The position numbers and the translations under genes are program-made. A stretch of 64,000 bases of DNA, from assembly GCA_023150875.1 (NCBI GenBank), contig JAKLKC010000004.1, positions 15,993 to 79,992 of the forward strand. The letters are read 5' to 3'. The notes beneath the pieces are model-generated. The model was not told the origin of the DNA and did not search any database. It saw only the letters and a list, made by a program, of their open reading frames with translations. The stretch comes from Myxococcota bacterium. GTDB taxonomy: Bacteria > Myxococcota_A > UBA796 > UBA9615 > JAKLKC01. Numbering within the stretch: the first letter of the stretch is position 1; each line of letters begins with the position of its first letter. Positions 31,215 through 39,300 of this stretch are shown here, one piece after another.

Positions 31215-32573
31215 ATGCACCTTCAGTCCCAGCAGGCGGACTTCCTGCGCCGCCTGCTCAAGCATGGACCCGGTCCGCACGTCCAGAGGGCGCTCCGGAA
31301 GTTCCATCCCGCCGAGCTGGCGGAGCTGCTCACCGAGCTGCCCGTCCCCGATCGGCGGCGGATGGTCGACGCCCTCGCCGAGGCGCGCCTGGCCTCCCAG
31401 ACGTTGCGGGAGCTGCCCGAGGGCCTGCTCGCCTCCGTCCTCGCCGACCTGAGCACCCAGCGGCTCGGGACGGTCCTGGCGCGCCTCGCCCGGGACGACG
31501 CCGGCTACTTCCTCCAGCTCCTGGACGCGGACCGCCGCGAGGAGGTCCTGGCCCTGCTGCCCCAGGACAAGCTCGCGGCGGTGCGCCGGTTCCTGGAGTG
31601 GCCCGAGGGCTCCGCGGCGCGCCTCGCCACCGACCGCTACCTCACGGTGTCCATCGACTCCACCATCGGCGAGGCCATCGAGGGGCTGCGCCAGAGCGGC
31701 GACCGGGCCGACCACTCCCTGTTCTACCTGTACGTCGTCGACGGAATGAACCGCCTGCACGGGGTCCTGCCCCTGCGCCCCCTGCTCACCCGCGAGCCCG
31801 GCACCAGGGTGCGGGACGTGATGCGCGAGGACCCGGTGCGGGTCCGGGCCGACGCCACCGAGGAGGAGGCCGCGGAGGTCCTGACGGACTACGAGCTGCT
31901 GGCGGTGCCGGTGGTGGACGCCGACGACCGCCTCCTGGGGGTGATCACCGTCGACGACGTGATCGACGTCATCGCCGAGGACGCCGCCGAGGACGTGGTG
32001 CGTCTCGCGGGCGTCGGCGAGGGGGATCGGCCCCTCGGCAAGGTGCGGGAGTCGGTGCGCCGCCGCCTCCCCTGGATGATGGTCAACCTCGGCACCGCGT
32101 TCCTGGCGGCCTCGGTGGTGGCCCTCTTCGAGGGGTCCATCGCCCGGGTGGCGGTGCTCGCCAGCTTCATGCCCGTCGTCGCCGGCCTGGGGGGGAACAC
32201 CGGCACCCAGAGCCTCGCCGTGATGACCCGGGGCCTGGCCCTGGGCGAGGTCCCCGCCCAGGAGGCCCGCAAGGCGGTGCTGAAGGAGGTGGGCGTCGGC
32301 GTCTCCATGGGCCTGACGGTGGGCACCTTCACCGCCCTCATCGCCTGGCTGTGGAAGGGCAACCCCTGGCTCGGGGGGGTGCTGATGCTGGCGATGGTCA
32401 CGAACCTGACCATGGCGGGCCTCGCGGGGGCCGCGATCCCACTACTGGTGCGCTCCCTGGGGGGCGATCCCGCGGTGGGAGGCGGCGTCCTGCTCACCGC
32501 GGTCACCGACATCTTCGGCTTCCTGGCCTTCCTGGGCCTCGCCACGGTGTTCCTTCCCCGCCTTCTGGGGTGA
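31215..32573 (+). CDS. mgtE: Magnesium transporter MgtE
   Basis: MgtE N-domain, tandem CBS domains (..VSIDSTIGEAIEGLRQ..LFYLYVVDGMNRLHGVLPLRPLL / LAVPVVDADDRLLGVITVDDVIDVI) and the C-terminal 5-TM MgtE channel domain. Confidence 0.9.
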   Translation: MHLQSQQADFLRRLLKHGPGPHVQRALRKFHPAELAELLTELPVPDRRRMVDALAEARLASQTLRELPEGLLASVLADLSTQRLGTVLARLARDDAGYFLQLLDADRREEVLALLPQDKLAAVRRFLEWPEGSAARLATDRYLTVSIDSTIGEAIEGLRQSGDRADHSLFYLYVVDGMNRLHGVLPLRPLLTREPGTRVRDVMREDPVRVRADATEEEAAEVLTDYELLAVPVVDADDRLLGVITVDDVIDVIAEDAAEDVVRLAGVGEGDRPLGKVRESVRRRLPWMMVNLGTAFLAASVVALFEGSIARVAVLASFMPVVAGLGGNTGTQSLAVMTRGLALGEVPAQEARKAVLKEVGVGVSMGLTVGTFTALIAWLWKGNPWLGGVLMLAMVTNLTMAGLAGAAIPLLVRSLGGDPAVGGGVLLTAVTDIFGFLAFLGLATVFLPRLLG

Positions 32574-32636
32574 CGAGGGGGCCCCCGCGGACGTAACCTG
32601 GACGACGTGCCCTCCGCGCCCCCGGGAGCCGAACCG

Positions 32637-33074
32637 ATGAAGTCCGCCCGCCTGATCGCCGCCTTCTCCCTCCTCGTCGCCGCCCCCGCCGCCGGGGCGG
32701 AGCGGGAGGACGCCAACTTCGACAAGACCGTGGACGGGGTGAAGGTCCAGGTGGGCCAGGGCGCCGCGGTGCCCGCCACCTTCCCCAAGGACGTCCCCGT
32801 CTACCCCGAGGCCAAGGTCCTCACCTCCGTCGCCAAGCCCAAGGGGGAGAAGACCGCCCACGTCCTGTCGCTGGAGACCTCCGATTCTCCGAGCAAGATC
32901 GTGGGCTTCTACCGCGACAAGCTCGAGGGTCGCTTCCGGGTCGAGAGGGAGCTGGACACCGGCAACGGCTACATGATGGTGATGAGCAGCGAGGACCGGT
33001 CCCGGATCGTCACCGTCACCGCCACCAGCACCGGCAAGCAGACCATGGTGCAGCTCGTGGTGGGTTCCAAGTAG
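32637..33074 (+). CDS. Hypothetical secreted protein
   Basis: Signal peptide MKSARLIAAFSLLVAAPAAGAE, 145 aa, balanced composition. Confidence 0.6.
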   Translation: MKSARLIAAFSLLVAAPAAGAEREDANFDKTVDGVKVQVGQGAAVPATFPKDVPVYPEAKVLTSVAKPKGEKTAHVLSLETSDSPSKIVGFYRDKLEGRFRVERELDTGNGYMMVMSSEDRSRIVTVTATSTGKQTMVQLVVGSK

Positions 33075-33095
33075 GTCCCGCGCCCCGCGGCTCCG

Positions 33096-35048
33096 ATGGG
33101 GACGGCGCGGAGCGGAGGCGGTATCCTCCACCGGATGCCTGCCGCCCCCTCCACCGCCCCCGCCGCCGCGCCCCCCCGGGGACGCGGAACGGCGCCCCGC
33201 TTCGTCCTGTACGTCTTCGCGTGCGAGCTGTTCCTCGCGGTGGTGCCAGCGGCGAACGCCGTGGGCGCGGGGGGGATGGCGGGGCCCGTCCTGTCCAGCC
33301 TCGCCCTCTACGGCGGCCTCGCGGCGCTGCTCGCCTTCGGCGTGTCCCGGATCCCGGCCCTGGACGCCCACCCCCGGGCGGTGGCCTGGGGGCTGGCCCT
33401 GGCCCTCTTCTTCTTCAGCGTGTGGGCGGGCCGTCCGGCGCTGGCGGCGGGGACGGTGTCCCTGGTGGCCGTGGGCCTGACCCTGGCGGGGGCGCGGATG
33501 GCGCGCCGTCCCTCCCGGCTGCGCCTGGTCCTCCGCTCCGTGCTGGTGCTGGCCCTCGCCCTCGCTCTGGGCCGGGTGGTGCTGCCCCCCCGGGGGGGCG
33601 CCGCCCCCACGGCGGAGCCCCGTCCGGGGGCCCCCTCGGTGCTGCTGGTGGTGGTGGACACCCTGCGGGCGGACGCCCTCTCCTCCTACGGCCAGGCCCA
33701 GCCCACCTCTCCCCACGTCGACCGCCTCGCCCGGGAGGGGGTCCGGTTCGAGCGGGCCTACGGCAACGCGATCTGGACGCTGCCGGGACACGCCAGCCTG
33801 TTCACCGGGCTGTGGCCCAGCGTGCACGGGGCCCACAACGAGCACTGGAGCCTGGACGAGGGGCCCCCCTCCCTCGCCGAGCGGATGGGGGCCGGGGGCT
33901 GGGAGACCGTCGCCTTCGCCGGCAACGCCCTGCTCTCACCGGGCACCGGGCTCACCCGGGGCTTCGGCCACGTGCACGCCTCGTGGCGGGGGGCGGTGAT
34001 CGAGGAGTGCTTCGTCCTGCGCAAGGCCGGGGTCCGCCTGATGGGCCTGGACCAGGACAAGGGGGCCGCGGAGACGGTGGGGGCCTTCGGGGAGTGGCTG
34101 GCGCGCCGGGACGCCTCTCGTCCCTACTTCGCCTTCGTGAACCTCATGGAGGCCCACGCCCCCTACCACCAGGTGCCCCGGCGCTTCCTGGAGCGGTTCG
34201 TCCCCCGGGACGTCTCCGAGCGGCACCTCCGGGACCTGAGCATGGGCCTGCTCCGTCACCACATGATCGGCGCGCCCCTGCCCGAGGATCCGAGACTCCG
34301 GGAGCTGTCGTGGGCGATGTACCTGGCCGGAGTCGCCGCCGCCGACGAGGCGGTGGGGCGCCTCGCCGACCTGCTCCGGGAGCGGGGGGAGCTGGACCGG
34401 ACGGTGGTGATCGTCACCTCGGACCACGGCGAGCTGTTCGACGAGCGGGGCCTCTGGGGCCACCAGACGGGGCTCCTGGAGGGGGTGTTGCGGATCCCCT
34501 TCGTGGTCCGCTGGCCCGGGGCGGTGCCGGGGGGGCGGACGCTCCCGGGTCCCATCCAGCAGGTGGACCTGGTGCCGACCCTGCTGGACCTGGTGGGGCG
34601 CCCCGATCTGGCCCCCTCCGACCTGCCGGGGCGCAGCTTCGCCGAGGCGCTGCGGGGGGGGGCCGCGGTGGAGCCGGGCCCCGCCATCGCCGAGCACTTC
34701 ACCCCCTTCATGCTGCTCTCCGGCGCCGCCGAGGAGAACCTGCGGGGGGAGCTCCCTTACGCCCGGGTGCGAAGGCGGGCGGTGGTGCGGGGGGACCTCA
34801 AGTACACCCTGGACTCCCGGGGCCTGGAGGCGCTGGCGGATCTCTCCGCGGACCCCCGCGAGGCCGAGGACCTCTCCCCGCGCCGCCCCGACGCCGTGGA
34901 CGCGGGCCGCCGGGACCTGGCCGACTGGGTGGAGCGGGGCGCGGGCCGCGACTGGGAGGGGATGCCCGTCCCCGCCCCCGAGCACGTCGGCCCCGACCTG
35001 GATCCCGCCACCCGGGAGCACCTGCGGGCCCTGGGCTACGCCAACTGA
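33096..35048 (+). CDS. Membrane-anchored sulfatase-like hydrolase/transferase (alkaline phosphatase superfamily) with Thr in place of the FGly Cys/Ser
   Basis: N-terminal 4-5 TM helices, then the sulfatase fold (VLLVVVDTLRADALS.. ..VIVTSDHGELFDERGLWGHQ..). The position aligned with the sulfatase CxPxR signature reads TLPGH. Confidence 0.75.
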   Translation: MGTARSGGGILHRMPAAPSTAPAAAPPRGRGTAPRFVLYVFACELFLAVVPAANAVGAGGMAGPVLSSLALYGGLAALLAFGVSRIPALDAHPRAVAWGLALALFFFSVWAGRPALAAGTVSLVAVGLTLAGARMARRPSRLRLVLRSVLVLALALALGRVVLPPRGGAAPTAEPRPGAPSVLLVVVDTLRADALSSYGQAQPTSPHVDRLAREGVRFERAYGNAIWTLPGHASLFTGLWPSVHGAHNEHWSLDEGPPSLAERMGAGGWETVAFAGNALLSPGTGLTRGFGHVHASWRGAVIEECFVLRKAGVRLMGLDQDKGAAETVGAFGEWLARRDASRPYFAFVNLMEAHAPYHQVPRRFLERFVPRDVSERHLRDLSMGLLRHHMIGAPLPEDPRLRELSWAMYLAGVAAADEAVGRLADLLRERGELDRTVVIVTSDHGELFDERGLWGHQTGLLEGVLRIPFVVRWPGAVPGGRTLPGPIQQVDLVPTLLDLVGRPDLAPSDLPGRSFAEALRGGAAVEPGPAIAEHFTPFMLLSGAAEENLRGELPYARVRRRAVVRGDLKYTLDSRGLEALADLSADPREAEDLSPRRPDAVDAGRRDLADWVERGAGRDWEGMPVPAPEHVGPDLDPATREHLRALGYAN

Positions 35049-35090
35049 GCCGGGTCGTCGCCCCCCGCGCCTCCGGGGGCGGCCGCCCCG

Positions 35091-37448
35091 TCAGCCCCGG
35101 ACCTGGACCTGCCAGTCGGCGGGCAGCAGCTCCAGCGCGCGGCGCTCGGCGAAGCGACGGCACAGCAGCACCACCGTCGCCCGGTCCTCCGGCCCGCGGA
35201 TCACCCTCCCGGCGGCCTGCACCACCCGGCTCATGCCGGGGTAGAGGTAGGCGTACTCGAAGCCTCGGCCGAAGCGGCCCTGGAGGTGCTCCCGGAGCAG
35301 CTCCCGCTCGACTCCGTAGCGCGGCAGGGCCGGGGAGACGACCACGACCCCTCCGATCCGCGCCCCGGGCAGGTCGATCCCCTCGGCGAAGATCCCCCCC
35401 AGCACCCCCAGCAGGACGGGCCCGGGAGCGTCGGGAGCCGACAGCCGGTCCAGGAGGGCCGTCCTCTCGCCATCGTCCATGCGGGGCCCCTGGCGGAGCA
35501 CGGCGCGGCCGGCGGCCCCAACGTGGGGGGCCACCAGGTCGCGGTACTCGAAGCTCGGGAAGTACACGAGCCAAGCCCGGGGATCCAGGCCCAGCGCGTC
35601 GTCGATGGCGGCGCCCACGGCGGGGGCGGTGCGGGTCCGGTCCCGGTAGAGGGTGCTGACGTCGCCGCGGACGATCACGCGCCGGTTCTCCGGGGGGAAG
35701 GGCGAGGGGTGCCGGGCCTCGTCGGTGACTTCCTCGGGGAGCCCCAGCACCCGCCGGTAGTAGTCCATGGGCTCCAGGGTGGCGGAGAGGAGCACGGCGG
35801 CGCGGTAGCCGGCGATCCGGGCGCCGGCGGCGGAGGGGTCGACGCAGAGCACCTTCAGCCACCGCCCCTGCCGCCCCCGGCCGAAGAGGTGGCGGAAGGA
35901 CGCGGGGTCCATGGCCAGGGTGTCGGCGAAGCGCCGGACCTCCCGGTACAGCGCCAGCACCCGGTCGCCGTCGGGGAGGGCGGTGGCGGGGCGCAGGCGC
36001 AGGTACAGGTCGCGGTCGGCCAGCACCTCCTCGAAACCCTGGCGGAGGGACTCGAACCGGTCCCGGGCCAGCTCGACGGGGAAGGGCCCCTCGCCCCGGG
36101 GAGGCGCGAGCCGGTCCCACTCCTCGACTTCGTCCTGGAGCTCGTCGAAGAGGCGCAGCAGGGGAGAGGGCGCCCCCGCGAGGCCCGAGAGGGCGGCCTC
36201 CCGGGCGGCGGCGATGGCGTCCTCGCGGATCTCCGGGGACAGGCCGTCCATGATCCGCTCGGGGAGCTGGTGGGCCTCGTCCACCACCAGGACGCGGTCC
36301 CCCGGGTCCGGGTCCGCGAACCGACGCAGGGCGACCCGCCCGTCGAACACGTAGTTGTAGTCGCACACCACCACGTCCACCCGGTCGGCGGCCTCCAGGG
36401 TCAGCTCGAAGGGGCAGACCTGGGCGTGGAGGGCGGCCTCCAGGAGGTCGTCGGGGGTGGCGGGCCCCCGGGCGAGGAGGGGGGGGAGAGGTTCCACGCG
36501 GAACATCTTCCCGTAGTGGTCCCGGGCGAACTCGCAGCAGTTGGCGCGGCAGAGCACCCGCGGCTGGGGGCAGATCCTCTCCTTGCTGCGGATCCCCACG
36601 GCCCGCAGCTCGGGCACCTTCCCGTGGAGGCGGGCCAGGTGCTCCAGGACGCCGGCCTGCTGGGGGTTGCGGGCGGTGAGCCAGTCGATCCTCAGCCCCA
36701 GGTCGAAGGCGGCGCGCAGGGCCCCGTGGAGGGTGGCGGCGGTCTTGCCCGCGCCGGTGGGGGCGGAGAGCAGCAGGCGCCTTCCCCCCCGCACCGCCGC
36801 CTCGACCCCCTCGGCGATCTCCCGCTGGCCGACGCGGAACTCCGCGTGGACGAAGGGGAAATCGGGCACCCGCCCGCGGGCGGACGCCCTCCGGGCGACT
36901 TCGGCCGCCCGCTCCCTCACCAGGCGCCCCAGCACGGCCCGGAGCCAGCCCAGCGTCTCCTCGGGGGCGGCGGCGACGGGGAGGGTGCGGACGCCGCCGT
37001 CCACGGCGCCTACGAGCACCAGCCTCCCCGCGACCGGGGACTCGCCCGAGGCGCCGAGGAAGTGCAGGTAGAGCAGGAGCTGCCGGCGGTACCTCGGCAG
37101 GTGCTCGGCCACGAGCCGCTCCAGTGCCTCCCGGGGGAGGGCGACGGACTTGACCTCCTCCACCACCAGGGTCCCGTCCCCCCGGCGCGAGAGCCCGTCG
37201 ATGCGCCCCAGCACGACGCAGGCCCACCCCTCCACCTCGACCACGAGGCGGACGGCGACCTCCGCCCGGAACCCCTCGTCCTCGCCCCGGCGCTGGTCCT
37301 GGTAGCGCGCGTGGACCTCACACCCCTCCCGGAGGCGGGCGCGGGCGGCGACTCCTTCGGACAGGTCCCCCTCGGTGCGCCCGATCTCCAGCAGCTCGGA
37401 GATCCCGACGGTGAGGGTGCGGGCGTCGTCGTCGTAGCGTACGGGCAT
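35091..37448 (-). CDS. DinG/Rad3-family ATP-dependent DNA helicase with N-terminal PD-(D/E)xK nuclease-like extension
   Basis: Walker A LLLSAPTGAGKT sits ~270 aa from the start. DEAH box VLVVDEAHQL, Fe-S-like Cys cluster (CPQPRVLCRANCCE...C), helicase_C_2 tail. The N-terminal ~230 aa contains GRIDGL...VVEEVKS (D...ExK). ATG 37448 (MPVRYDDD). Confidence 0.8.
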   Translation of the reverse strand: MPVRYDDDARTLTVGISELLEIGRTEGDLSEGVAARARLREGCEVHARYQDQRRGEDEGFRAEVAVRLVVEVEGWACVVLGRIDGLSRRGDGTLVVEEVKSVALPREALERLVAEHLPRYRRQLLLYLHFLGASGESPVAGRLVLVGAVDGGVRTLPVAAAPEETLGWLRAVLGRLVRERAAEVARRASARGRVPDFPFVHAEFRVGQREIAEGVEAAVRGGRRLLLSAPTGAGKTAATLHGALRAAFDLGLRIDWLTARNPQQAGVLEHLARLHGKVPELRAVGIRSKERICPQPRVLCRANCCEFARDHYGKMFRVEPLPPLLARGPATPDDLLEAALHAQVCPFELTLEAADRVDVVVCDYNYVFDGRVALRRFADPDPGDRVLVVDEAHQLPERIMDGLSPEIREDAIAAAREAALSGLAGAPSPLLRLFDELQDEVEEWDRLAPPRGEGPFPVELARDRFESLRQGFEEVLADRDLYLRLRPATALPDGDRVLALYREVRRFADTLAMDPASFRHLFGRGRQGRWLKVLCVDPSAAGARIAGYRAAVLLSATLEPMDYYRRVLGLPEEVTDEARHPSPFPPENRRVIVRGDVSTLYRDRTRTAPAVGAAIDDALGLDPRAWLVYFPSFEYRDLVAPHVGAAGRAVLRQGPRMDDGERTALLDRLSAPDAPGPVLLGVLGGIFAEGIDLPGARIGGVVVVSPALPRYGVERELLREHLQGRFGRGFEYAYLYPGMSRVVQAAGRVIRGPEDRATVVLLCRRFAERRALELLPADWQVQVRG

Positions 37449-37591
37449 GGCGGCACGGTAGTGCCCCGCGCCCCGGGAGGGAACCCGTGCCGGGCCCGGC
37501 AGTCCCGGGGAGGAGACCCCGACGCCCCTCGGTTGTGTCGGGGACGCCGTCGTGGTAGCCGTAGGCACGCTCGACTCCCAGGGAGGACCCC

Positions 37592-38320
37592 ATGCCCGGC
37601 AAGACGGCCCGGACCCCGTTCCTGACGACCATCCCGATGCTCCTGCTGGCGGCGGCCTGTGGCGGAGGCGAGCCCCCCGTCCTGACCCGGGGCCCCGAGG
37701 CGCCGCCGGAGCCCGCGTCGCCGGCGGAGACGCTCGCCCCGGCCCTTCCCGCCCCCGCCGTGGTGCCGCCCCTGCCCAGCGGCGTGGGGATCTATCCCAA
37801 GGCCCGCACCCCCCGGGAGGTCGCCCCGGGGGTGACCCTCTCCCTGCCCTCCCGGTGGCAGAAGTCCCCGATCCCCGGCGAGAAGCCCAAGGGGACCCTC
37901 CACGAGCAGTGGGGGGGCCCGAAGCCCAAGGAGGACGGCCCGGGGGGGATGGTGGTGATGACCTTCGAGTCGTTCGAGGTCCCCGATCCGGTGGACTTCA
38001 TCACCGCCTCGGCCGCGGCGGTGCCCGAGGGCGCCCCGCCGTACCGCGCCCGGAACCCCGCCGGCTGCCGCGTCTTCCCCGACGCGGCCACGGCCTGCTT
38101 CCTCTCCCTGGTGGCCCCCGACGGCGCGGCGGTGGAGCGGACGATGGTCTTCCGCGGCCAGCAGGTGGTCCAGATCGACCTGATGTCCCCCCCGGAGCTG
38201 GGAGAGCCGATGTGGCCGGAGCTGGCGGCCGTGGCCCGCACGGTGGACGTGAAGCCGGCGCCGTCCGCCCCGGGGCCTCCCTCCGCCGAGCCCGCGGGGG
38301 ACCCGCCCGCCTCGCCCTGA
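37592..38320 (+). CDS. Hypothetical lipoprotein
   Basis: MPGKTARTPFLTTIPMLLLAAAC lipobox; 242 aa, Pro-rich linker then a globular domain. Confidence 0.65.
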   Translation: MPGKTARTPFLTTIPMLLLAAACGGGEPPVLTRGPEAPPEPASPAETLAPALPAPAVVPPLPSGVGIYPKARTPREVAPGVTLSLPSRWQKSPIPGEKPKGTLHEQWGGPKPKEDGPGGMVVMTFESFEVPDPVDFITASAAAVPEGAPPYRARNPAGCRVFPDAATACFLSLVAPDGAAVERTMVFRGQQVVQIDLMSPPELGEPMWPELAAVARTVDVKPAPSAPGPPSAEPAGDPPASP

Positions 38321-38464
38321 CCCGCCCCCAGCCGCATCCTTCGTGGCCCCGAAGCCACACTCCCGCGCCGGGGCCGATACAAACCGGTTGCGCGCCCTCC
38401 CCCCCTGCATTATCTTCCGCCTCGGCTCTTGGGGGGAGCGGAACCACTCCGCCCCACCCCTCCG

Positions 38465-38543
<79 letters not shown>

Positions 38544-38580
38544 GGACCCTCCCCCCCAGCCGCGAGCCGGGCCGGTCGCT

Positions 38581-38657
38581 GCGCCAGTAGCTCAGACGGA
38601 TAGAGCAGCGGCCTTCTAAGCCGCGGGTCAGGGGTTCGAATCCTCTCTGGCGCGCCA
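38581..38657 (+). tRNA. tRNA-Arg (anticodon TCT)
   Basis: Acceptor gcgccag/ctggcgc, D-stem gctc/gagc, anticodon stem gcggc/gccgc loop ctTCTaa, T-loop ttcgaat, CCA encoded. Confidence 0.85.
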
Positions 38658-38770
38658 ACAACAGGGTTGACTGCCCGGCCCCAAGTGGCTAGAACTATCC
38701 GCCGCGGCGGCGCGGGCCACCCGCCCACTCACCCCGCCGGGATTTTCAACTGCGTCCGTAGCTCAGCTGG

Positions 38771-38847
<77 letters not shown>

Positions 38848-38877
38848 CCCGGGCAACGGGACGAATACAGCTTCCAA

Positions 38878-38953
38878 GGGCCCATAGCTCAACTGGCAGA
38901 GCAGCGGACTCTTAATCCGCGTGTTGGAGGTTCGATTCCTCCTGGGCTCACCA
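38878..38953 (+). tRNA. tRNA-Lys (anticodon CTT)
   Basis: Acceptor gggccca/tgggctc, D-stem gctc/gagc, anticodon stem gcgga/tccgc loop ctCTTaa, T-arm ggagg-ttcgatt-cctcc, discriminator A + CCA encoded. Confidence 0.85.
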
Positions 38954-39004
38954 CTCGGTCCGAAGGCCCGCTCCTCCATTGGGGGAGCGGGCCTTCGGCG
39001 TTCT
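38945..39004 (+). repeat. Direct repeat copy 1 (attL-like): last 9 nt of tRNA-Lys plus downstream hairpin
   Basis: ggctcaccactcgGtccgaaggcccgc...cgggccttcggcgttct recurs at 41247-41298 with a shortened hairpin loop and one substitution. Confidence 0.6.
38962..38996 (+). terminator. Stem-loop immediately downstream of the tRNA cluster (putative intrinsic terminator / att-associated hairpin)
   Basis: gaaggcccgctcc-tccattggg-ggagcgggccttc: 13-bp perfect stem, no obvious T-tract (common in high-GC genomes). Confidence 0.4.
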
Positions 39005-39219
39005 GGGGGTCGGGCAACGTCACCGGAATTGCTTGGATTCACGGGGGATCCGAGTTCGATTCCTCGTGACCCGCGGGACGCGAGGTGGTACCACCGCCCG
39101 GACCCGGTCGAGCTCGGCGAGGGCGACCGGGGGCCGGGGGCCGGGGAGGCGGTACCGCCGCTGTCCAGGGCCAGCCGATGTCCGGTCACGGACGGGCCGG
39201 ATCGACGGTTGTGCGGCGA

Positions 39220-39286
39220 CGAGTTTGCGGGTAGTTTGCAACGACCCTCCACTGTGGAGGGTTCGCGCAAACAGTCGGCAAACTCG
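39220..39286 (+). promoter_or_regulatory. Nested inverted repeat / large stem-loop immediately upstream of the island gene RBS
   Basis: cgagtttgc-gggta-gtttgcaacg-accctcca-ctg-tggagggt-tcgcgcaaac-agtcg-gcaaactcg: three nested palindromes (8-bp inner perfect stem), ending 14 nt before the ATG at 39301. Confidence 0.4.
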
Positions 39287-39300
39287 GAAGGTGACAAGCG

